From Orbicella franksi (taxonomy: Eukaryota), in contig OZ116702.1 of assembly GCA_964199315.1 (NCBI GenBank), positions 20,522,001 to 20,586,000 on the forward strand: a DNA stretch of 64,000 nucleotides, in the 5' to 3' direction. Of this stretch, positions 1-10,513 are shown piece after piece. The notes under the pieces were generated by a model, which worked only from the letters and a program-made list of their open reading frames with translations, was not told the origin of the DNA and made no database searches. Numbering within the stretch: the first letter of the stretch is position 1; the number at the start of each line of letters is the position of its first letter. Both the position numbers and the translations under genes were made by a program.

Positions 1-265
1 GTTAAAGCTTGTCGGTAAAGAAAGGCTTTGTAGCTGACATCTCCAAAATGCTATCCAGAAATCACAGAACTAATGAAAGACGTCATTACAGTCTTCAATA
101 CCATGCTTTGCTTATCGCGAAGTAGGGGATATTCATTTAAAAATTAACATGCATGGATGGGATTTGGGGGTACTTGTACATAGGAGTATGCATTTTCCCA
201 AGTCTCAGTTTATTGATGGTTGTCAAATCTTGGAAAACATTTAGAATCTTCAAAATAGTAATATT

Positions 266-312
266 AATAATAATAATAATAATAATGATAATAATATAAT
301 AATAATAATAAT
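266..312. repeat. (AAT)n microsatellite, imperfect
   Basis: Direct run of aat units with two interruptions. Confidence 0.9.
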
Positions 313-875
313 ATTTATACAGGGGGCGATCTCACATAAAGTGGTTTTCAGAACGACCCTGTGGAAAATATTTATTTACGACTGATCAATCCATTTGAAG
401 AAAATATTTGTACTTGCCTTACAAAGTAGCTTTAAGTATTGTCGCGAACAAAAAAATCACTGTGTTGATCATGATTTTAATATTAATAAAACTAGGCATT
501 AATTATATTTTTACCTAGATTCATTTTAATGAATTTGTGGAGATTATCAATTTGTTTTATTGTGACCTGAATTCGTGTAACCGGATTTGTGAAAATAAAG
601 TATATGAAATAACGCTATAAAGTTTGGCAAATTGACTGACCTGTTTAAAGTGATCATAGAACAACAAGATGAAAATTAAGTGACGTGGTGAAGGAAGAAC
701 ATATTGTAATTGGTTTTAATGGATTTTTCCAATACACAGAGAAAAACTTTGAAAAAGTCTACCAGAAGTTTTAAATTTGACATCACAGCTTTGTGCATGC
801 GTAACCTATTAAATCACTCCTTTTATAGCTTCCGTGCCTTTATATAGCAATATTCAACAAAACTAGACCATAAAA

Positions 876-1358
876 CAGTCGAAACTCTAATAACGGCACC
901 TCTCTACAATGGCTACTTATTTTTGTCCCGGCGGACGGTCCATACAATCACTCGTATTTTACCCTCCCTACGACGGCCACCTCTCCACAACAGCGACAGC
1001 CTCTAAAGCGCGTTCCAACTGTCAAAATAACTTCTACACAATGGCCAGTTAATCAACGACGCACGAAAGGCGCATAAAAATCGCCATCGTAAAAGGTGCA
1101 AAAGGTGTAAAAGGTGACGAAAATTGACCATATTGCGCGTCGTTAGTCTCTGCTTCTGTTTGGTTTGTGTTGTATCGATATATTTTGAATGTGTTAGGTA
1201 TTTGCATTCTAGAATAAGCATTTTTTAAAGATAAAAATGTTGCACCCCAGAAAAAATAAAATTGTCATATTACACCCGTACCTCCTCATAATGGCCACCT
1301 CTCTACAACGGCCATTTTCCTCTGTCTTTATGGTGGCCGTTGTGGAGAGTTTCGACTG
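876..1358. mobile_element. Tc1/mariner(pogo)-type MITE
   Basis: 13-bp TIR cagtcgaaactct (876-888) / agagtttcgactg (1346-1358). The internal motif ggccacctctc(t/c)acaa recurs. Same family as 17389-17686. The TA TSD is not preserved, so the superfamily is inferred from TIR style. Confidence 0.65.
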
Positions 1359-1922
1359 CATTTTAATAAGATTTCAATCAATCAAAATATGTCTTTTCGG
1401 TTTTACTTTAGAGAGTTAAGCTGATGATAGTGTCCCTTGAAATATCTCCCTGTCTCCAGTTGCCACGTCATCATTTCATTACTTCAGCGTGCTGAAAGAC
1501 ACTCTATTCTCTCCTCACCAGGTTTTGGGAGAGTATCAATAGTAAAAGCTATAGTGTAGTGTTACGTTGTTTGTTATCCAGGAAAACTGCGACACCAAGT
1601 AGCATTTCGATACGACAAGTTTTGAAAACGCCAACTTGTGTATTTGTCGATTTCCATTTTAATACAATAACTCAAATGTTAATCTGAGGTGTTCTTATCG
1701 CTTTGTATCAATCAGCAATCAGATTGATTTCTGCACTAGAAAGGATTGATCATATGCAGTTTAACTTACACTTAGATGACAACCGTAGTTAATGAAAACC
1801 GTCATTTTTCAGGACCACGATCAGGAAACACTTAGCAAAATAATGATTACCTGTCAGAAGGTACCAAATTATTCTCCTCAGTTTTTGCGTACATATAGCC
1901 ATTATGTGAACAATATAACAAA

Positions 1923-2228
1923 GCTATGAAGATGCGATTGATCATCGCAGTTATACACACAACTTCTAAAAAGCAGTTGTGAAATTAAAGCCTGAAAAAA
2001 AAAATTCAGGCCTGAACGGGATTCGGACCCATGACCTCTGCGATACCGGTGCAGTGCTCTACCAACTGAGCTATCAAACCAACTGGGAACTGGTCACATT
2101 GTGAGTTCTAAATATACCCGTAGATGGTGAAGGATACAAGTGAATATATGAAAGACCCATCTACGGGTATATTATCTTCATATCTTTCTCCGCAGTTCAA
2201 ATATATGGTCTTTCATATATTCACTTGT
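1923..2228 (-). mobile_element. tRNA-cored retroposon-like repeat with internal inversion (copy A)
   Basis: Flanked by an 11-bp direct repeat aatataacaaa (1912-1922, 2229-2239). Contains a tRNA-like core on -. Bases 2157-2228 are inverted fragments of the same unit. Homologous to 43727-44049. Confidence 0.8.
2009..2080 (-). pseudogene. 72-nt tRNA-like cloverleaf (Thr-GGT-like) inside the repeat
   Basis: Minus strand GGTTTGA TA GCTC AGTTGGTA GAGC A CTGCA CCGGTAT CGCAG AGGTC ATGGG TCCGAAT CCCGT TCAGGCC. A-box intact, B-box has TTC>TCC, acceptor stem pairs with two G-U, and a T-run follows 4 nt downstream. Confidence 0.7.
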
Positions 2229-2928
2229 AATATAACAAAACTAACCTCCTTGTCTCCATCATAAACTCTCTGACTTTGAGAAAAGGAAAATCACTTTTCG
2301 TTCAAGGGCACTCAAATTGGCTAATTTGCTATCATAAATCCTCCTCGAGGCCGGAAGCCACATCGCACAGAGCCGTTTGAAGTATTTTTACCAACAGAAG
2401 TACTAGTTTTTCTTCACTATACATTTTATCGATAAATGAGAGACTGAAAAATTATAAATCTCTAATTGTTGTTTCAAAGACCTAGTCAGGGGCACTATTG
2501 ATTGGCCTAGCGACTACTGGATATCAGCTATTATTAAATTCTCAACTTTGAAGACCTTTGAAGGGTGTTTTTCTGATTGATTCACTGAAACTCGATGTCA
2601 TTTGGTATACACCGTAGCTCGGTTGGAAAATGACGTCGGAAAGTATCGCTTAGCTTAATATTTTGCTCGGGAAGCGAATGTGCAAAGCGAAAACGGCTGA
2701 AAACAGCAAATATGGTTGATCAAAATTTCCCAGTTATTTCCCAGATATATGTGTTACTTGTGATATATAAAAGTAATGTGCAGCAAAACGAACACTGCGC
2801 CACAAATTTTTCCGCCTTTTCAAACCATCACTTCGTTTAGATGAAACTGAAGCGCCCACTACTTCCAGAAAATAAATAATAATAAAACAATTACTGCACT
2901 CGCCTCTGCTGTTGGATACATGCATTCA

Positions 2929-3003
2929 TTTTTTTTTTTTTTTTTTTTTTTTTACTATTGCATACAATACTAACATTACTTACACTACTAAGACTTCTTA
3001 CAA
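2929..3003 (-). mobile_element. 5'-truncated non-LTR retrotransposon tail with poly(A)
   Basis: T25 run (2929-2953) plus 50 nt, flanked by the exact 16-bp direct repeat tggatacatgcattca (2913-2928, 3004-3019). Confidence 0.8.
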
Positions 3004-3258
3004 TGGATACATGCATTCAACGTGAGCCTTTGGAACAATAGTTAACTACCATGTTCGATAAATGCGGCTCTACAAAAATTTGGAAGATCTACCGATGTTT
3101 GGGGTTGTTTTGAATGAACCAAGTATTTCACTCGCCCGTCATAGATAATTATAGCCGACTTGGCGAGCACAGGCCTCGTTGGCGGTCCAGCATGCGCTCT
3201 AGAAATAATTGTTAACTACGCATCGTGCTTCAAGATTGTTACTAATAAAGTTAGAAGG

Positions 3259-3428
3259 TAAATTTAACAGTAAGTGTTGTATTGTAAGTATAGTATAGTA
3301 TTGCTAGTAGCGTATCCCACATTGTAAGTAAGTACTGTTTTGTAAGTAGAGTATAGTATTGTTAGTAGCTTAAGTATCGCACATTGTAAGTAAGTACTGT
3401 AAGTTTTTGTATTGTAAAGAAAAAACAA
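3259..3428 (+). mobile_element. 5'-truncated non-LTR retrotransposon tail with internal tandem duplication
   Basis: Flanked by the exact 12-bp repeat aaagttagaagg (3247-3258, 3429-3440). A-rich 3' end. An internal ~50-bp unit gtatagtattg...cacattgtaagtaagtactgt occurs twice. Confidence 0.7.
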
Positions 3429-3477
3429 AAAGTTAGAAGGATTCTTGAACTACAAGAGACCAAAATAATATGGAACA

Positions 3478-3625
3478 CTGGGCCGGGTTGTTCGAAAGTC
3501 GGTTAACGCCAACCCAGGATAAAAAGTTAACAAGTACTTTCCTTTTTTGTATAAAAGTGTTTTTCACTGCTTATGTTTTGTGCGCGCAGTTCAGGTTTGA
3601 GAATACTCAAACTCAAAACTGTAGA
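3478..3625 (+). mobile_element. Left half of a Harbinger-like MITE
   Basis: Starts ctgggccgggttgttcgaa, which matches the reverse complement of the end at 57746. Shares tgtttttcactgcttatgtt with 57589-57746. Confidence 0.55.
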
Positions 3626-4767
3626 ACAAACAATAAAAAAACCCCTAACAACGCTCCATTCAATTTGTTTCCTTAATTATTTGTTCCGTGTCTGAATATG
3701 ACTAACAACTTAGATCCCAGCAAGAGTCTAAAACTATAGTTCCTTCCCAGTCTCCCAGCTGTTTATTTCTATCCGAGTTAATGAATAACAGCCACCTTAA
3801 TTAAACGGATCCAAAGGACGCACTTACCGCTGCGAATTCACGCATCTGCACGCAGGTAGAACTACATGGTAGATTTAAAATGAGATTCAGGTCATAAGCA
3901 TGGCCGCGCACAGCGGTTATAAGTGAGGCAACGTGACCTTTGTCGGGGTCCGCATTACATCATCCCAAAGTGACTGTCTGAAAAATATGGCTAACGGACG
4001 GGAAAGGACTTTTATGATAAGCTGATGAATAAAAGGGCTAAAGGTAAGGTCAATGTTCAAATTGAACAACATTTTTCTCATCAATTGATGAATGACCGGA
4101 TAAAGGCTAAACTGTCACTAACAGTTAATTTATTGTTATTTGTTATTGAATATTACTCTGTCGCCACCCCACCACAGTAATTTTGCTCAGTCATATTACC
4201 TGGCGAGAATCATTTGTTTTGTCTGGTCAACACTCCGACGTTCATTTGTTGCTGGTTTGTTTTAGGGACACGCATTATCCTTTAAGAAACATAGAAACAT
4301 GATTCACAATTTTCGAAAAATAACTATACTGCCACCAAATTCCGAACTTGCGGATCAAGGCAGACAAACGAAGGATATTAAAAAGAGGTGCTTTTGTATA
4401 GTCACTCCCATATGAAACAGAAAATTTAAATTAAATTGCCTTTACTTGTAATTTGGGTTTATCGCTTTGATACTGAAGCAAGGACAAGATTAACAAGATA
4501 ACAGGTGATATTTTTACAGCGAAAGGAAATTTGAGCTAACCACCTGCCGATTTCATACATGGATGGCTTCGATTGCTCTCGTTATCTTCATTTTTCATTC
4601 CTACAAGAAGGCTTTTCTTTTCTTTACAGCTTTTCTCGTAGCTTTCTTCTGGTTAACTGAATTTTAACTCCATTACCTGTTGTACTCTTGCACATTTTCT
4701 TTTCTTTCAGTTGTAGTCAACTGAAGACAAATGTAACCTCACTGAATGTGAAGCGGATAACACAGAC

Positions 4768-7643
4768 ATGAGAGTATTGTCGCTCGCCCTTGTAATATTT
4801 CTACCAACAATTTGTGCTTTCCATTCAGGTAAGAGTTTACAGAATGCTTTGTATGCTCTTTCAAATAAAATTTATCGCTAGAAGTCCTTGATTGTATCGC
4901 AAATCGCGGTGTTTACTAATCAGTTGCACCAATTAACTGCATGATTGCACTGACTGTAGTGAATGTTTGTTACCATTTGTGTCAACAACCATGGAATATA
5001 ATGTTATTCCAAATCACCAAGTAAGAATTACTGTGATACCGCTTTAATTTAAATAACTTCAGAATATAAGTCACAAATAAGGAAATAGCAAACGATATGT
5101 GTATTTATAGGTAAAGAGGAAGCTGCAATATTTGTTTTGAATTCTTCAAACAAAGTTTAGTCCCGGAAGCATATTGGTTAGCAAATTCTTTTAAACCACA
5201 AGAGTGTATATACCTAAGATGGCATTCAAAAACAGGAAGCGAAATGAAACACATTATGATGAACCTTCAGTCTCGTGGGCGTGCATGCAATAAATCAGGT
5301 AGTAACCACAAACCGCACAGCAGTTTGCCCTACCAACTGTGCTACCATGCCGCTGTAAAAAGCAAGTTGTATTCAAATCCGTAATAGACTAAAGTGATTC
5401 AAACTCATGACCACTCTGTGTTACTCATTCAATTAGGGAACGCCAAGCCAAAGGAAAGCGATGACAAACGGGATTTTCTCGCTGATGCTATGCGTGAGAT
5501 GGAATCTGGTGGAAAATCGTCGAATCTAGCATCTGCTGTCAGAAGAGTTCCAAACGTAATCAGAGTGGTTATGAGACCGGAAATTCCCCCGACCCGTCAC
5601 CACCACCGTGGACACCGACATCGACACAAGGGTGGCCTTGCCTCTGTTTTCAAATTAGCCGAGGGATTTAACAAACTATCTATGCAACTCCCCGGTAGTC
5701 TCAGAAACAAGACAGCTCGCTTATTCAATACAGCAAACACATTTAAAGAAACTGTTCGATTTCTCGAAAGAGTCAATAACCAACTGGACGATATGTCAAG
5801 ATCTCAAGACAAGACAAATAGACTGACAAAAACAGTTAAACCTGCAAACGCTACCCTAAAAGGTGACGACGAAGTCATGGTGACGGATTCTTTTCCATTA
5901 TTTCCAGAACTGAGAAGCATCGTTGAACATGGGAAGCCATTTGATCCGGATGTAACAAGAGCAGCGTTTGCGAGAGCAAAGCAAATTGTCTGGGATACCG
6001 TTGGGCAGGATCCGACAACCACTTCAGAGATTGGTCACTTGAATAACACTAAATTGACTAATGCTGTAGCTCTGCTTGAAATGGCTGTCCGAGAGGCCGA
6101 GAAAATGGAAAGAAATAAGACAAAAACTGTCGATCAAGAAACAAACCCCATCAAAATGATCCCTAAAACCTCCCAAACCAATACGAAAGTTAATCGATCA
6201 AAACAGGATGCAGTGCAATTAAAGATCTTAAAGAATATTCTTTTACAGGAACTAAAACAAGCAAACTACACTAAAGAAAAAGCTGGCATTCTCATCAGTG
6301 ATATCCCATTTCAGAAATTAAGAAACGAAGAGCAAAGCAGCTTAATGCAAAAACTTTCTCCCTCAACAGCCAATTCTTCTGTGGATTCAAACATGAATCC
6401 CGGCAAAGGAAAGCCAGTCGGTGACACCCAGGCTCTTCTCGAAAACTACACTTCGTTTATAACCAATATATTGAAGGCTGCCCATCTTAGTGTTTTAAAG
6501 AACTTGACAGGTGCGGATTCATCAAGTTCACGGGAAAACAACGCTACAAACTTAAACCGGAACACCCAACAATCAAATACTAAGGAACAAAGTGCGCAAA
6601 ATATTTCTCTTCAGCAGTCAAGTGCAGTCCAACACCTGAATCCGACAAAGGAGCAGCAAAAGGGGCAGCAGTTATTCTTTGCAAATGCAGCACAGGAACA
6701 ACAACAACAACAACTACAGAAGCAACATCTTCGGCCAGTCATTTTGTCTAAAGAACGTCTTGCGGCGCGAAAGGCTTTTGGTACAGCGCAAAAGTTGGTT
6801 AAAGCATTCCTAGCACGACAAGAACTCTATAAAGCAGAGAATGAGTTCTTCAATAAGATTCACGAGATGTTGAATAAAACAACTCCAAATGGTCCTTTGA
6901 CTGCAGGTCAAGCAAGCGACGCAAAAAATTCTAAGATCACTAGTCAGCCCACAGCTGCAAGTCCAATTCATTCTCCACTGAGTCAGTCTCCAATAAACAC
7001 TGCAAGCAGCCCATCCACTGGCGAAGGAGACAATCAGAAACAAACATCGGAGGCCCAGAAAAAGTTTGAAGAGGCAGCTCACCTTGAGGAAAAAGTGGCA
7101 GCCCAACAGGATGAGATGTACGACGCATTAATGGGCCATACAATTGGAACTGTTAAGGGTGGGGGAGATGGGGCATTTGATGAGGAAGGAGCCATTCGCG
7201 AAACTCCAGAACAAGACGGAGTAGAAGACTCTTACAACACGGAAGACTATGGCGATTTCAAGGATAGTGATGAAGAAGCAGAGAAAAAGTTCTATCACGA
7301 CCATAGTCAAGGCGATTTGGAGGCCGACGCAGTGGGGGAAAGTTCTTTAAGCCTTCGTAGCAGAATCAGCTCAGCGAGGTCAGAACAGTCTGGAAGCGCA
7401 GAATCTAGTGGAGTCGCCATAACTACGTCTAAAAAAGACAAAGCGTTCAATAATAAAAACATTTATTCCACAACTGAAACGAGTGGAGAAAACTCTGGTG
7501 ATGGTAATACCGAGGAAAAGCAGTTCAATATGTACTTGGTTTCAAATTCCTTCAGAACAAACAGACATAAAACCTTTCGGAAGATCGCAAAACCCCTTAG
7601 CCAAAGAAGAGAACGAAAAAGGAAGACTCATTACAAAAATTGA
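4768..7643 (+). CDS. Secreted low-complexity protein 1 (~755 aa; His/Arg patch, Q-rich, acidic block, basic tail, Cys-free mature part)
   Basis: Exon 4768-4828 encodes MRVLSLALVIFLPTICAFHS+G|gtaag (signal peptide, phase 1). Acceptor ttag|5437 joins in frame to the 749-aa ORF ending TGA 7643. A 5'UTR intron is likely (acceptor tttctttcag 4710). No recognisable domain. Confidence 0.85.
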
Positions 7644-8676
7644 ACTTTTGGCATACGGTTAACAGATAACTGAAGGCAGGGTTTTGTAACGTATTAACAG
7701 GCGCATGTGAAAAAACCGGGTCCTAAATCATAACGCCAATCTCAGGTTGCTATTTGGAGCAATTATTACTGAGAAAGTTAAAAGGGCCAATTCCGCAAAA
7801 AATAAAGGATATCCGTTGTTCTAGTCACAAATATTGTAAAAAAAAATCAATTATAATTCATAATCAGAGTAGATGATCTTTGACGAGAGATTAATGTTGG
7901 TTGTCAGAGAGCGGCTTACTAGAAGAAGAGTCCACGTGTTTCCTGAATTAATCAAAACGGTTACCTAACCGTTAATGGCTTTAATGACATTTCTTCTTTC
8001 AAAAAATGCCTGATTGTTTAGTATCTATCAATATCAGTGTAACGTCCCTCGCTTACTGTCATCTTCAGATAATTAAGAAACTGAAAATAGCAGATGCATG
8101 ATATTCAAAGTACTCCGCCTTAAAATGATATTTGTTTGTTTGTTTGTTTTTTCTAAGTAAATAGTATTATCATAATTTATACCTGGCGAGGGTTTATTAG
8201 CCATTAACCTGAATTAAGCTAATCCCGGCGCGGATCGATGATTTCTAGTATAATGCCTGAAATAAAATTTTATTCTGTGATAGTCATTGTTTTTTGTTTT
8301 TAATGCCTTTTCTTGAATTGTCTCAGGCTTACCCTTACCCTAGTCTATTAAATTTAAAATAGAAATAAGTTGAACATGTTGAAAGAGTCTTCAAATAACA
8401 AATATATAGAAATAAAGAAAATAAATTGAACAAGTTGGCTCATCGGTGTCAGCAGTTGAATACTGCTACTTCCCCCGAATGGTATGCTAGTCTATTGCAG
8501 GTAGAATCGCATAGCTCAGAGAATTCTTGCACCCTGTTTGGTTACTTAGGCGAGATATTCAGCGTGGAATTGCGACTCTTGAAAGCGAAACACGTTGAAT
8601 ATTGCAACATATTCACACAGACTAGACTTAAATGAAAGAAGAATTAAAAGAATTAAAAGAAGGCTATGCGATCCAT

Positions 8677-8821
8677 GGAAAATTCATAACCTGACTCGTG
8701 AATTCCACGTTAAATTTCACTTGAAAAACCAATATCGCACTCATCGCTTCGCGATTCATGTGATAGCGGTTTTCCGCGTGAAATTTAACGTGGAATTCCC
8801 TCATCAGGTAATGAATTTTCC
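8677..8821. repeat. Foldback (hairpin) core of an interspersed repeat
   Basis: ~45-bp imperfect inverted arms ggaaaattcataacctga...ttaaatttcac / gtgaaatttaac...tcaggtaatgaattttcc. Confidence 0.7.
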
Positions 8822-10513
8822 TATAATACCACACCATCACTTCACCCCAATCAGTATTTTGTTGGCTTTCTCCTACAATAGGCCCTGAAATGACCAGATG
8901 TGTTATCCAAAAACACATAATAAGGAAACCAACTGATCCACGAATGTTGAGTGTTATAATTCCTGTTTTCATTTTCCGTAACCTCTATTTAGCCCCGCTT
9001 GCTCCCCCCTTTTCCTCTTCAGGTCTTTTCTCCTCGGTATGTTACGGTAACGAGATCATGCTTGCAATATGAAACTTCACGGACCATCGAAGTTATTTAT
9101 TTAAATAATAAGCCAATTATTGAAAACGAATGATGGATAGTCAGGGCATTATTCATTTGCCATAAAATTAAAGAAAACTCATAAATGTAAATAGAGCTTT
9201 ATCTAAGGATTGTCAGCGCAACTCTTAGATACGTAGCGATCTGGTAAATGTAAATTATGTCAGGAGCAGTGGTGGCCATTCAAAGAGGAATTGGTTGAAT
9301 TCTGAAATATCACACTAGACATTACTATGGCATAGTGAATTGAATTGAAATTTCCTTCTGTCTCCTACCGCAATGTTAGGTTTGTTTTTTGATTCTTTTT
9401 CGAGACATGCAATTTATATTAGCAGTGCACTAGAGTTGGATCAGCAGGTATTAATTGTGCGACCCAATTGAGGTTAATGCCTGCCTTCATTAACCTCAAA
9501 AACACAAATTTAATGGTTCAATACTTCAAATAGTTCATTTAGCACATGAGACCAATGAGACCTTTAACCTTCTGGTAGTGCTTTACCTGAGTCGGAGAAG
9601 GAAAAATTATATTTAGCCTATCTATCACATCAATTTTGAGTGATTTAGCTTGGAACAAACTTTTAGCCAAATGTACTTTTCTACTTTAAATCTACCATCA
9701 AATCGTATGTCCCTAACAACAGACGAAAAATATTTTGGACTGTTAATGTAAATATTTAATTGGTCAATAACTGCAATTTTATGATCCGGGTTAGCAAAAT
9801 ATTTTATTCTTACATCAGCAGCCGAGATTTGATCTCTGGTGATTTGGGTGCAGACTTCTTTCACCAATATCGTCAAGAGTACCTCAACCTGCGGTAAGTT
9901 GCATATGACCCAACTGTCTTAGATAATCCCCTTTACTTTAGTCCTCCTAGTTTATGATGACTTACCATTAAATAATTGTTTTGATAAGGTTTTATTTGGA
10001 GCGTCTTTGGTGATAATATTTTGACATCCTTTGAGAGTTATAGTAAGTTTCGTTTAAAACGTAAATAATGTTAATTATATCTTGTAACACAGTGCAAACG
10101 CTGAAGCGAACGATTTCGTTTTTATTCTTGTCTTATGGTTAGGTTAAGTTAAAAAGCTACGATAAAAACACGTCAACAAAAGCAATTCCGAAAGCGAAGG
10201 TAAACCTGTAATGATATAAACATTGCAGGCAAGATAATCATGTTACGATGAACTTGTATGCTGCCTTTTTAAATTAAATTTACTTATTTCTCCGTTAATA
10301 AATGACCTGGAGTTTTCTTTGATCTGGGATTCGAGATGTATTCTGGTTTCTTGGCCTTACGTTTGTCTCGCTAATACTTGTCATATCATGTATTCGGATG
10401 TTTGTTTTGGTGTCATTTAGGTGGTCAGTGATATTACAGTAGACACATCGTAAAGTATTTTGTCCTTTACTTTTTTTCTCAGCCTTTCTAAAGCAGATGC
10501 AAGGAATTGAAGA

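Noticed and set aside
2009-2080. Genuine tRNA-Thr gene
   Set aside because: Embedded in a dispersed repeat with two divergent copies in this window. It has C instead of U33, a mutated B-box, an anticodon-stem mismatch and an anticodon atypical for eukaryotes.
4193-4206. attacctggcg / atacctggcga (also ~8178) resembling the U1 snRNA 5' end
   Set aside because: The match is only ~10 nt, with no downstream U1 stem-loops or Sm site.
5394-5436. ORF-track start of the 749-aa protein (similarly 11931, 15170, 26726, 28991, 38369, 38829, 39417)
   Set aside because: These non-ATG or intronic starts lie at or near splice acceptors. The real starts are the upstream signal-peptide exons.
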